DNA of 64,000 nt from Utricularia gibba (taxonomy: Eukaryota; Plantae; Magnoliophyta): assembly GCA_002189035.1 (NCBI GenBank), contig CM007992.1:3410001-3474000 (forward strand), given 5' to 3'. The first letter of the stretch is position 1. Each line of letters begins with the position of its first letter. The position numbers and the translations under genes are program-made. This document shows, piece by piece, positions 12,426-26,805 of this stretch. The notes beneath the pieces are model-generated. The model made no database searches. It was not told the DNA's origin and worked only from the letters and a program-made list of their open reading frames with translations.

Positions 12426-14441
12426 CTACGTATGATGATGATGTCCCTTTTGCTTGTGAGCTGCTGCAGTCTGCAGCAATCTCTCGACTCCATGGGTGAA
12501 AACCTCCAACTCCCGGCGGTTCCGGCACTCGAACTCGATGACCCGACCCGTCTCCATCTTCAGCCCGAAGTAGCTGCCGCAGTCATCTCCCTCGTCCAGA
12601 AGATGGCGGCCGGGCCACGCAGGGATGCCTTTCACCAGCCCCAACACCGCATCTGAAAACGAAGAAAGGAAAGGAGATGATAATAGCTAGTCCCCCTCTC
12701 TCAGTGGGGTTTGGTAACGTCGTTTTCTGCTCTGCTTTATCGAATTTCGAAGAGGAAAGAAAGAAGGAATGAATGCACAGGCCATTGAAGAGGAAAGTGG
12801 AAGTGGAAGGGGAAGTGTAAGGCTCACGCTTTTTCTTTTTCGTCACTGTCCCTGCTATGTGTTTACTCTTCATCTTCAGCATCACCTGCAACCCATCTCA
12901 AGGTTCAATGAATAAAGACAGCTCTTTTTCTTAGAAGAAAGTCTGGTCTGGTGTAGTTATCGGAATGTAGCAGGGGAAGTAGGTGATCGGGGGGTACCTT
13001 CCACTCTTTGTTGATGTACACAGACACCATCTTCCAGTGGAGATCACCTGTACCAGTGGTTGGATTCTTATTTCTGCAATGGGAGATGGGAAGGCAAATG
13101 AAATAGTGAGAATCAGAATACCCTTTCTTGTTCTTTTCAAGAGCTCGAATCCTCTGGCAAGGAGATCGCGATCGAGGGAGTTTTCCTCTGGGGAGAGTTC
13201 GCCGCTGAAGCTGCCGTTTGAACTGCAGTTGCTGCTAACTCCTGTGGCCTTCTCCACCGGAGCGATGGCGGAGTTATTGAAAACGTCCTTCACGCTCCTT
13301 GCCTTTAAAGTGGCGGCCGCGCGCAGGGCTACGAGATTTGCGGCAGAATGATGAGGGAGTTCGATTGGAATCGAGAAAAATGGGGTGGGTTGTTGATACC
13401 AGTCGCGGCGGCGGCAGTCAAGGTCATAATGTCACCGGCGGAGCGGACGTTCACGGCGGATCGAACGACTGAAGTCAAGTGATCACGCTCTGCCCCGATC
13501 GCCTCCGCCGCCTCAACGCACTGGGCCGCCACCAATGTCGCGGCGGAAGCCAACGCCAGATCAGTTTTCGTCATCTGCTCATCTTTCCCGGGTCCCGAGT
13601 TAGCAGCGGTGGCCGCGGCGATTGCAGCAATTGCCGACGCTACTCCGGCGACGGAAACAGCAGCATGAATCTGCGCATTCTGTGTCCTCAATTCCTCTTT
13701 CTTCTTCTCCCGACGATCCTTCAACCATCTCCCAACCGTTTTACCTCCAGAAACGGAGGCCTTGTAATGGGTACCAACCGGAATATTTGTAGGCCGCTGA
13801 AAATCAGAAAGATCAAAGCTTCGGAAGGAACAAACACAGGGCTTCGATCCGGAAAGGAAATATCAGCGCTTTGATACCTTGGAGTAATCGATTCCAGACG
13901 GGGAAACTGGTGGGCTGTCAGAAAAGGAGCCGTTGAGAGGAGAACTCCTGTGTGAGAGCCGACCGGAAGTCCGGGGTGATACATCCTGCTGAACATATCG
14001 TACCCACAACAGACGACACTGTTAATTATTCTGTTTCTGCTCCACTCAAAAACCAGAGACAACAGCACTTTATTTCTCAACAGTAGCTGTTCTTCGTCCC
14101 CATTCGAAACAGACCAAATTCCCATTTTCCATTCCACACAAACCAAAGAAAGCGCCGACGAATTTACTTACAGAATGAGACATGATGCGATCCATGAGGA
14201 GCGTACAAGTGTCGGAGGAAGGGAAGGAGAGAGGGTTCTTCAGGGACTCCCCCGACACGGCGAAAATCTCTTCCTGTACGGTGTCGACTACACGGCCACC
14301 CTTTCCCTTGAGAGGAGCCACTCTGGGCGCAATAGCCTTCGGAAATTCACAGGCTGAGAGGCGGCACAAGAATTCCATCGGCTCGCATGGAGTCTCCGGC
14401 TGCCGGAAAACCTGGGAACTCTCCATCGGAGCCGAAGTCAT
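12426..14441 (-). CDS. FORKED1/VAN3-binding-protein-like (DUF828 auxin-canalisation + plant PH domain), 7 exons
   Basis: Motifs [104 protein letters not shown]. The splice junctions checked are GT-AG and in frame. Confidence 0.95.
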
Positions 14442-15075
14442 TCTGGGAAGAAGAATAAACTCCAGTAAACAAAAACGGCCTATTGGAAACTGGAAATCAG
14501 TTCAATGTTTATAGAAAGAAGGAGCGCAGATACCGAGACAGGGGCCCAAGAAGAGGAAGCCGTCAATTCCCATCGGCCTGCGCAGTGCCACTCAACTCCA
14601 GAGCAGATAGCTTTCTTTCTATTCTCTCACTAAAACTTTTTAAGGTTTTTTTGTAAATTAAATAAATATTATTCATTCACGTGCATTTTCTTAATTATAT
14701 AATAATATTTTACATAAAGATAATTCTTTATCTAAATACAAGTAATTTAAATAAGTAGTTAGTTAACTTATATTTTTAATTTTAAAAATGAAATAATAAT
14801 TGAAAAATATTAAGATGTGCATCTATGGCTAGTGATTTTTAAGCTTTTTTACGAATGAAATAAATGGATATTATTATTTAAAAGTGGGGATTTTTGGTGG
14901 GTAGTGTGGGGCACCCGTGGGTAGGTGGGTCCCCAAAATTCCACCAATAGGACCACGCCATTTGTGATTCCATCCAACGTAGTTCCAATTCCCAATCCTC
15001 ACGTTCAAATAATAATAATTATAAAGAATTCTTACCTACCTTCAATAATTTTTTTAAGAAAAAAATATAATTTTA

Positions 15076-15198
15076 AATGGGCCGACATTTAGGCTCATAT
15101 CATGTTAAATGGGTGGTTTCATTAAGGTTGGATGGCCCAATGGATATGTGATAGGCCCGGCCCGATAATAATATATATATATATTTTGATTAGGGTTT
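15076..15198 (+). promoter_or_regulatory. Site II (TGGGCY/GGCCCA) motifs plus telo-box upstream of RPS3a
   Basis: TGGGCC near 15078, GGCCCA near 15135, GGCCCGGCCC near 15154, TTAGGGTTT at 15190-15198. This is the typical plant ribosomal-protein promoter combination. Confidence 0.75.
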
Positions 15199-15276
15199 CG
15201 AAGGGCGTGCTCCTTGGTGCTCCCGGCAGTGGTTTTCGCCGTCGCTAGCATTCCCAAGGATCGCTGCTCCGCCGCG

Positions 15277-16733
<1,457 letters not shown>

Positions 16734-17015
16734 ACGAGCAGCATGCGCGTTCCTCTCATCAGTGTCTTTGAAAGTTTCATTTTTGATATGTTATTCCTTC
16801 TTTGTGGACGAAAACGACTTTCTTAAGAAGTTCCTTTGCTGATATATCTAAATTTTTTGCACGGTGGCATTTCAAAGATCGAATCCGGAGTGTAAATCCT
16901 TTATTCCCACAAGTTTCTGTTATTCCTTCAGGCCTCCAGCATATTTTACATACCGACGGTAACAAGATCTCTTCCCGGCAAGAAAGAATGGCTTCTATTT
17001 GAAAATCAGATGGTT

Positions 17016-20000
17016 TCATTCGTCGTAGGTGAGTGAAGGGAATGATGGTATGGACTGAAGTATCAACTTTCTACTGCTTCTTAGGCCTGTAATGATATTT
17101 GGAGAAGAAACCCTCTTCCCATTGGGAGACGAAGACTTCACGACGCAGTTAGTAGATGATAAAATCCCCTGGAGAAATCCGGGCGTTTCATGGTCTTCCA
17201 TGACCGTCTCCAAATGGTGACGGAACTTGGCCGGTGGTTGTGGGTGGAAGCTCTGCTTATCAAACATCATTCCTACACGTGGAAATGATGATGCTACTCT
17301 AGCAGACTTGGGCTTAGAAGAATACTGCTGCTGAAGTAATTGCCTGACAGAGAACAGAAAAGAGTTCTATGTTAGTTGCTGAAGTAAAGAAAATGATGCT
17401 TTTGAGTTCTGAATGGTTTTACCTTCCAACAGGAAGAAGTGTTGCAGGGATACAAGAATCATTCTCAAGTAATATCTTGTGGGAATTTTTATCTAGCATG
17501 CTGGTCATGTTGACTCTATCCGCTTCATCTATCTCCTCAGGTTCGATGCCTGTGACAAGAGATCGATTGCATACGGATTCTGCACTCAAGTCAAAAAAAC
17601 AAGAGGTAAATCCCACCATCCTTCCGTCCAAATGCGTTCTTGCAACCTTCACATCTACAGTTGATGGAGCAGCCGACACCACCCTTCAAGAGAGCCAGCC
17701 AAAGTGCTTCAGTCAGTTTGCAAGCTAAAGAGGAGGTAACAGAAGGAAGGAAACCTGATAGCATTCACAGTATTTCTTCAGGCAACCAGATCTTTTGCAG
17801 TTGCATCCACGTTTGTGTCGAGCAGAAGCTGGTGTCTCGGTGGAGTCATCCTGTTAGAGGGAAGCAAATGAAACACGGTGAACGCAGGAATCACAAGAAA
17901 CTGAAAGGAGGGAGAAATCCCCAAAAAAAGTCAGCCTCTGACCCCTGTTTCTGCTAACGGATTCGTTCCCCGAATCACTTTGGGAGCAAAAGCAAGAGGA
18001 TTTCTGGATTCTATCTGCTTTCGAGTCTCAAGGACCTTATGCTCATTTACAGGCTTGTTGAAGCAATCTATGCAGGCACATTGATCTACACAGTACACAC
18101 CTGCCGCAAAGCACTCGCAATAGCTGGATACAACAGACAGACTTATCATATGCATCATCAGCAGCTGGCAGTATGAATGACAAATGCTTACAGCTTGAGG
18201 CATTTTGATTTCTTGCAGTTACACCGCCTGCAACCTTCAGCATTCCCAGATGCTTCTGCTCGACGTCTTAATCCCGGAAACAGATTAGAAACGTCTACAA
18301 TGAGAACTCAATCATGCAGCGCAAGCACACCACAAGTACAAATGATACCTCTTCTTCTTTGGACTACTGTGATTCATGCCTTCAATCTCCATATGTGCAG
18401 ATGTCTGGTAGGGATCTTCCAATGGAACAATTATATTCTCCCCTTCCTCGTCTAAGCTGGCAGACAGCATGTTATTAAGCAGCACTTCACTGCTGGGTGA
18501 AAAATGGAAATTAACTGATGAGTTGGGTCCTATGAGAAGTCGACCAGGAGTTGACAAATCATGGCTAAGGCTAACTCCAGGAGTAGTCGCAAGAGCATTT
18601 AGGTGCAACCCGATTGCTGGTAAGACATGGGATGATGGACTATTTCCAGGCTTCATGTGAAGCAGATTCTGATCATTGGAGAATGCAGAGGTTTCAGACT
18701 GTAACATCAAGGAGGAATCAGAGCCAGAAGGCTGTTGCATATGCTTCCTCAGTGTACACCCCACCTCAAATACCAGACAGCGCCGTCTAGTACCTCGGTA
18801 TATTCCAGATGGGTTCTACAAAAAAGCGAGTAAAATCACAGGTAAATATCACTTTCCAGACAGAAGGTCTTAAGCTTGTGATTGTAATGTATGAGTGTAG
18901 AAAATGTTGCATCAAGATCCACCTCTTCACCAAAACGATTTAGTGATGTATCAACTTCCATTTCAGGAACCTCAGCAGTCTGCATTCCTTCTCCAGGTCC
19001 TGGTTGAGAAGACAAATGCTGTTGTTCATTTGGTACATCTTCACAGAAGGATTGAATGCCATGCACCCCATTTTGATTACTTGGACAGATTTTTTCATTG
19101 CAGGAAGCCTTGTCATTTGGCGATTCGAAAATCAAGGCCTCATTGAAGTCCTCCCATTCATAGGACATGACGTGTGTATTTTGATCAGCAAGGCTTTTCC
19201 CCTTCTTATCCACTTCACTCTCACACACAACCTCCTGAGAAGAAGAATCTGGCATCATGTAAAAAGGTCTTCGGAATTGCATTCGTAATCCAGCATGTTC
19301 TTACATGATGAATAGGGCTGGAGTTGGGAAACTCCCCCCGGAAAACCGCAAGCAGTGGAGAGATGTCTCAACAGCCAACTCTCCATCAGATTCACTGGAC
19401 TTGATGGTTCCTTCTTGTTCGTCAAGTTCCTTGGCGGTGTTCACCTGACTTCCTTCAACTGTAATCCCGCTATCAGAAGCAAATTCTGGTGTTGATGGAT
19501 CCTGGAGCTGATGCCTACACGAGAAAGAAAAAGCACTTACACTACATTGCTGGAAGTTGATACCAGCAACTCCCTTCTTTATAAAAGTTGAAAGGCTACC
19601 TCTGAAGGGCTCGAAATGAGCTGACATGTGGTGAAGTGAAAACTGAAGGAAGCGATGAAAAACTGAGGGGAATCATCATGTGCGAAAGGTGATTGCATTT
19701 CAGTGGCTTGATAGGAGAAAGATCATTGATAAAGCTAAACACAGGTGAATCCTGCACAATGCACAGAGGAAATACTCATTGGCAGAGCACAGGGAGAAGA
19801 AGCTAGATCCACATATAATGAATGAACCCCAGATTTTTGCTTTTCTGACAGCAGAAGATGAACTGCAAACAGGGTTATTAGATATATATCTCAACCAGAC
19901 AAAGCTCCTTCAAATGAAGCATGGCAGGAGCATAAACATATCAGACTTGGACATACATCAACAGATTCAACATCAGTCATATCAGAACAAAGCCAAGAGC

Positions 20001-20165
20001 AGCTATGCAGACTTGGGCAACCAAAATCCAAATGAAATGAAGCCATTTTCTATGAATTATCAAGAACCCACAGGAAAAAAAAAAAATCACACTTTATCCG
20101 CAGACCTCAAATTTGGAAACAGATGCAGCGATCTGATTGTTTTTTCTCCTGTCTGGAGTATCCAT
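17016..20165 (-). CDS. Tesmin/TSO1-like CXC (CRC-domain) protein; apparent in-frame stop in exon 3 as assembled
   Basis: MDTP..VSKFE|[35 protein letters not shown]1 [11 protein letters not shown]|[23 protein letters not shown]2 [23 protein letters not shown]-terminal [18 protein letters not shown] at 19303-19301 interrupts exon 3. Confidence 0.92.
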
Positions 20166-21751
20166 CCCCTTTTCCTCACCGCTCATTGTCTCAGAGCAAT
20201 TCCTCCTCCTCCACAAGCCTCAATCTGAAGGTTCAAGAAGAAGAAGCGGGAAACGAAGTAGTGAGCAAGAGTGCATATGAGTTAAAGCATCCACATCTTC
20301 TTCTTTTCCACCTCCTGACAAAAGAAAAAGACCCCACAGGAAACAAAAGAACAATGACCCGTTTTGCATGTGCCGATCTCGTCGCGAAATGCGAATCAAA
20401 GGCAACCTTCCAAATGGTCTCCGGAGAGCAGGACTCCAGAATAGAATCAGATGCAACGAAACGCCGTACAATGTGCAATCATTCAACCACTGTAAAAATC
20501 AGTCTCCCACCCAACTCAACTGCCAGCGCCCTAAACTGTAATCAGAAGCTCTTTTACACCATACCACGAATCCCATCCCCATGACGTAAAAGCATGCAAT
20601 CCCAGTCACAGGAACACACTTCCCATGGCTCGGATTCGCACCATTCAGCTAAAGTTTGCATCTTCGACAAAGCTTCCGATGATCGGATATTTCTATTGGG
20701 TGCGTCATTAATACCGAGATTACCAATTAATTGTAATCAATTTTGTAATTAAGGCTCATGTTTAATTCCGTTTATATGCAATTAATTCTCCAATATCAGG
20801 TGCTAACCCGACGCTTGATGCACTAATTATTGTCCTAATTAAAATTAAGTAAATAATATAATAAAATGAATTCAAAAATGTTGGAATATGACAAAAGGAA
20901 TTATTTAATTAATTAATCATTATTATTAAAAAAATTTACTGCGACAGTCGACGGTAAATATGTATATATATCCATGGGTGCCAGTGCAGTCTTCGTCGCC
21001 GCAACGACGTCGTAATGATGACGCTATAACTCTACTCCCAATTATTGGATGCGTTGGGTGGCAAAGTTATTATTACTATTATTTTTTGAGAATCAAATAT
21101 TTTTGTTTATTTTTTTATAGTTAAAATTGATAAAATTTAAATAACATCTATTTTATATAATTTTTAAAAATATTTAATGTATTATATTTTTATTTATATT
21201 AATTTAAATCATTAACTATATTAATTCTTCATATTATATATTGATAACTTACAAATTATATTATTCATTAATTTTTGTAATTAACATTCATCTTAAATGA
21301 AAATATGTATTCTGTTTTTTAATATTTATTTCAGATTATGTAAAATAAAATTAATTTTAAAATTTTATAAAAAGATTCAATTTTATGTAAAATTATATTG
21401 TAGATTTTAATATATTAAATTAGTATAGTAAAGGTTAAATTACTGTACAGTTTAATATAATAATATAAACGTATTTTTGAAGTATATAAAAAATAATTAA
21501 TATAATTTTTTAATTAATATTTTATTTAATCATTAAAACAAAGATTCAATAAATTTAATAATTTCTAATAATTTTTGAAGTTAATCTAGAATATGAACTT
21601 CTAATTTTATCATAGAAAAGGATAAGATTGGAATCTATAGTAATGAAATAGAATCAATTGAAAAAATTTAGAATCCAAAATGTGTTGATGTACAGAAATT
21701 TACTACGGTGAATGGTAAAAAAGAATAAGAAAAATATTAACCTTTTCGTAT

Positions 21752-21845
21752 TGGGCCTTCGTATGGGGTAATTTATCCAACACTGAGGTTAAGGTTATCT
21801 TACTAATGGGCCTTCATTTTGAAGATGGGCTCAGTTCAGCCCAAA
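21752..21845 (+). promoter_or_regulatory. Cluster of site II (TGGGCY/RGCCCA) motifs upstream of the proteasome gene
   Basis: TGGGCC twice, TGGGCT and AGCCCA within about 95 nt, some 180 nt upstream of the ATG. Confidence 0.55.
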
Positions 21846-22026
21846 ATGAACCTCGAAAGCGCATCTGAAGCTTTTGTAAAACGCTTTTTATGGCGTTCGT
21901 GTTCGCCAAGGCAGAGCCAGTTTGTATCCCCACGGCGTAGTAGGAAGAGCGGAAATTGTGGACTGATTGCGAGGCCAAACAGGAAGGAAACTGCTAGATC
22001 TCTGAGACTAGCTGTTTACTGGCGAA

Positions 22027-23583
22027 ATGGAGTCTGTTTTCGGGTTTGTTTGCAAGGATTTTGCGGTAGTGGTGGCTGACGCTTCCTCCGTTCATAGTAT
22101 TCTGGTTCACAAGACGAATGAGGATAAAATCATGCATCTGGATTCGCATAAACTTCTGGGTGCATCTGGAGAGACCGGCGATCGGTGAGTCGTTTCGTCT
22201 CAATTTTCTTAATTGATTGCTTTCCCTAGTTTTGGGCTTCAAGAACGTGGCTTTGGATTGTTTGGATACGAGGGCTCTTTCGTTTAACTGAATTTATTAC
22301 GCACTTCGTTGTTGGGTTTTTGGTTGGGTAACCAAGACGTTGGTACTTAAACGCGGGATTGATTCTCAGAACTCGTTCTCAATTTTGCATTTTCTGGTGT
22401 TTACTTTATCAATTATGAGGTCGTGTTGGAGCTTTTACTGATACTAGATTTTCATAAAGACTAGGTTATCATAACGTAAGAGTGCTATCGGAGACCCCCC
22501 CCCCCCCTGCCTTTCAATAGCGTTAGTTCAACATAGGGACAAACAGTTTGCAAGCTTCCACCTTTTGATGACTCACAAAATCTGTTAGATAATCTTTTGT
22601 TTATGCCAAACTAGTAGGTGGTCCAAGATGACGATATGTGATATGCCTGAGAAAGTTTATGTGATACAAATAGAGGTGGGATGATGTACATGGGTTCGAT
22701 GTTAGGAAGTAAATTTGTGTACAGTTCTAATCTAGAAAATCGATAAACCCTTGTTGAGCAGAAACTACTCTTGTTTTTTCATTTCTAATGCATTTCCATG
22801 GAAATGTATAACAGGGCCCAGTTTACTGAGTTCATACAGAAGAATGTTGCCTTGTATCAGTTCCGTAATGGGATACCATTGACAACTGCAGCTGCTGCGA
22901 ATTTCACTAGGGGCGAGCTTGCCACAGCCTTGAGAAAGGTAAATCAATTTACATTATCCACTTTTTTGGCTGAAAGGCTGGATCTCAGCACTTCAATTTA
23001 AATGTTTGGTTAAATTTATACATAAGAGAGCAGTGTGTTTTTGTCTCATGGGAGTTCATTTATACGTGAAGATTATTTTTTTTGTAATGAGAATAATTGA
23101 TTTTTTTTTTTTTGCACCGATGACTCTGGTATTATCAGCTTACATACACTGGTCTATGACATGCTATTTACTGCTTGCTGAATATTTGTGCATTTTCTTG
23201 AATGGAAGTATGCTGATGAATAAAAACGCTGACCTTTTTTGTTTCAGAATCCATACATGGTGAATATCATTCTAGCAGGCTATGATAAAAACACTGGCCC
23301 GTCTCTTTACTTCATCGACTACATAGCTTCACTTCACAAGCTTGACAGGGCTGCATTTGGCTATGGATCCTACTTTGCACTCTCCATGATGGATAGGTAT
23401 CACCGTCTGGACATGACTCTTGAGGAAGCAATTGAGTTGGCAGATAAGTGCATCTTTGAAATACGCAAGAGGCTTGTTGTCGGCCCCCCTAACTTTCTGA
23501 TCAAAATCGTCGACAAGGATGGGGCGAGGTTACATTCTTGGAGAATGTCTATCGAGGAAAGCCATGCCACTCCAGTGAACTGA
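22027..23583 (+). CDS. PBD: 20S proteasome subunit beta type-2 (beta-4, PBD), 3 exons
   Basis: Exons 22027-22184, 22815-22938, 23248-23583. MESVFGFVCKDFAVVVADASSVHSILVHK...[57 protein letters not shown]... Confidence 0.97.
22495..22507. repeat. Poly-C run in proteasome intron 1
   Basis: About 13 consecutive C. Confidence 0.8.
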
Positions 23584-24044
23584 ATGTATCACCTGTTTTT
23601 CTTTATCTCCAGGAATCAAACTCTTCCTATCACAAACTCTAGGCTTTTACATCTCCCCTCTTGTTTGTTCAATGATGCACCATCAGAATGCAACACAGAC
23701 TTCCTGTTTTGTTATTGTTATTACTGACTCTCAGTTGTTTCTAGCTTATGATACGGCGTATGCATAAAATGTAACTGCCCTTGGACAATCCTCTGGCCTT
23801 ATTGGATGGATTAAACTAAGATCTGTTTCAGAACAGGTGCCTTTGGCAAAGTGCAGTTACGTGGAAGATAAAGCTCTGTTGAGTTTCTAAGTCAAATTGC
23901 TCTACACCAGATGGGAAGGCCCCCACTCTCCCTACGATACACCTTGAACATTATGAGGAAGTTGTTCAACCACTTCCCTTAGTATATATATCTTCAGTTT
24001 GTCATCACACCTTTGAACTTCACATTTCCCTCACAGATATCACA

Positions 24045-24565
24045 ATGCAGATCACACAAAGACTGCTAACATCAGTGCTCCTGGCCATCCTTCTTGCCGG
24101 GGCGGTCCGATCGGATTATTGCGACGACGAGATCCGGATCATATCACAATGCCTGAGCTCAGTAACCTTGGGGCCAGCATACAGCTGCTGCAACCAGCTC
24201 AGTGCAATTCTCGGCACCCGCCCACAGTGTCTCTGCAGATGGAATGCTCAGAACCAAGCTCAGGTCCAGGCCTTGGCTACTGCCTGCAGCTTCCAAACTC
24301 CTGATCTGAGGTTTTGCATCGGTAAGCATCCATCCCTCTTTTTATTACACCAAACTGATGAGATCATATCCCTGAAAAAGCTTCCATGATGCTGCAATGG
24401 CAGCTGCTTCCGGGACTGTTCCTGTTAACTTGGGCATCTCCACCATGCTCACCCTCGCTGTATTAGGAATACGTGAGTTTTTCCGACCCTTTTCTCGTCC
24501 CTTCAGACCAACAGGAATGGATTCTTCCCCTTGTAATGACACGATCTCCTTCTGCAGGCTTCTAG
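24045..24565 (+). CDS. Non-specific lipid-transfer protein, probably GPI-anchored (LTPG type), 117 aa
   Basis: Signal peptide and complete 8-Cys motif (C..C..CC..CxC..C..C). Exons 24045-24321, 24404-24472, 24558-24565 give a hydrophobic C-terminal tail AASGTVPVNLGISTMLTLAVLGIRF*. Confidence 0.85.
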
Positions 24566-25318
24566 AAGAGAGAGGCTCCCTTGCTCCAAGTCGTCCGGTT
24601 CACCATCCTCTGCTAATAAGTTCACTTGCCTGCTAGTCTCCATGGCAGGCTACCGGAGTTTGAACAAATTTGTATGCATTTTACTTTTTCTTTTATTTAA
24701 TTAATAGTATTTACAAAAAAATCCACATCAAATTTAAGAATATTTAATACATATTTTATGGAAAAAAAGAGGATTTTGTCAACTGTTGATATTATTTATT
24801 ATTAATGATAAATATTATTGTATTTTTATTTTTAATCCATTTAGATGTAAGAAATTGTTTGATAAAATAATTTATTAATCACGTATTTAAATTATTCATA
24901 TTAGATAAACGTATGTTATATGGTTAAATTACAAGCGTAATTTATGCACATATTTTACAAATATGTGTTCAAAACTATGTTATGTTCGGTAAATGTATTT
25001 AAAATATATAATAAAAATTAAAAACTCGTATAGATGACTAGTTTTAAAAAAATACAAGGAAATGAATTATTGAAATATTTAAAAAACTATTATTAAAACA
25101 TATTTTTTTCAAATTAATTGATTCGCAATATCTATGTATTTTACATAAATGAGATTTATAATATTTTTTGAATATATGATATTAAAATGGATTCGGGTTC
25201 GGGCACGGGTATATATATGTACACGGATCCAGTGCATCAATTCGGGCCGTTGAGGTTGTGAATTCAAATTTCGAAAACCATTTCATGGTTTTGGAGGAAA
25301 AAACCAGTCGCACCGGAG

Positions 25319-26602
25319 ATGAATCCCAGGAAAGGGAGTAAATTCGTTGGGGAGGCCGCTAAAGATCTGATCTTGACGCCCAATTCTTCCTTGAGATCAA
25401 CATCTACGGTGGAGAGTGATCGATCAGAGAGTTCTTATTTCCCCGGATGCAGAAAAGACGCGAATTGCAGCTGCGAGATCTGCATCGCCAGCATCAATGC
25501 CACTCTTGATTTGATGCCCCAAAGCTTTCAAAGAAGCTCGCTGACGAAGCTTTCAAGTTCCAGGTTCGCGAGGCAAAGAACCCCTGTTTCTTTCCCTGCT
25601 TCTCCTCAAGTTTCTACTGCGGAATCGAGTCCTCAGTCTAAGCTGAAAAGCGACTCGTCTCCGGTTCTAGGGTCTTCTGGAAGTTGTAGACTTGAGGATG
25701 AGGAGAAGATAACTGACAAGGGCTCGAGTCGTTGGTGGTGTTTTAGGAGGCTCGTGCTTGTGTTAACATTGGTTATGGTGTTGGAGTACGGTGTATCTCT
25801 CATGGTTTCTGGGGTTCTAAGGGGAAAACTGTCTCCAGATGTTGTGAAGGATTTAGGTGAGACAGCCCATCAATTCGACAGTGTGAATGAGAAATTTCGC
25901 TTTTTGAAGAACGCATTGGAGAAGAAAACAGAGAGCAGAGCTTCCAACTGCGGATATGATGAATCAAAATGGAAAATCGCTCAGGTTCATCATCTCTAAC
26001 AATTCATACAGCTCGTTTCTGCTTCATCTGAAAGAACATGATTAAGTGCATCCGTCGATAGCTTTCCTGAGCCTGTTGCCAATCTTTTAGGATGCCCTGC
26101 TGCTGAATTCGCGGTGTCTGCTGTACCAGTCCGTCGCCGAGGAGGTAAGCATCTGGGGTTGGCCGCAGCAAGTGAATGGACTCCTCAATGCTCAGTTCTC
26201 TTCACGCTCGCTCACTGTTCTCTCTGGAAGCATCAAAGAGGCAAGTCCAAAATCGTAACATGCTTAGTTGAACTCAGCAGCATACAATTAATTGATTCCC
26301 ATCTCTCGATGCAGTGGTCGCACCGGGATGCCGATTATCTGGTCAGAATGGCCAACAATACATGGGTGAAACAGCGATGGAGCTCCTCCATTGTACAGTT
26401 GAATCCAAACACATGGATTCTTGAGTACAGAAGGAGCTTCCTGATGGAAAATCCAAAGCTGGTTTCATCTCTAGCTGAGTTCCTGAAGTTCAGAATCGCA
26501 AGGAACTTCCAAAGGATGAAACAAGAATTCTGGCTGCCTACCTGTATTGCAAGCCACAGTTCTTACACTGGAACAAGGAACAGTGCTGTTGTTCCTACAT
26601 GA
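25319..26602 (+). CDS. Conserved plant protein of unknown function with an N-terminal Cys motif and a central TM segment, 3 exons
   Basis: YFPGCRKDANCSCEICIASINATLDL, hydrophobic stretch, then exon 26091-26240 (LLNSRC..EEVSIWGWP) and exon 26315-26602 (WSH...WSSSIVQLNPNTWILEYRRS). Intron 2 is GC-AG. Confidence 0.85.
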
Positions 26603-26805
26603 ATCGTGTGTCCTTCTTTTGATACTTCCAATCCTGCGATAATACACAATTAATGCGTTCTGGGTGTCAAACGTATGATTTTAAACCAATCCCACATCGC
26701 CACATGGCGAACACTCGAACACCATAGATGGCGAACGGAGCGTCATCAGTGGTATTTCATCCGCACCGCCAAAACCAGGAACGGAACATCCGGAGTTGAG
26801 AACAA

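Noticed and set aside
20123-20584. Overlapping ORFs upstream of the TSO1-like ATG
   Set aside because: Consistent with 5' UTR or leader intron; no conserved uORF peptide recognised.
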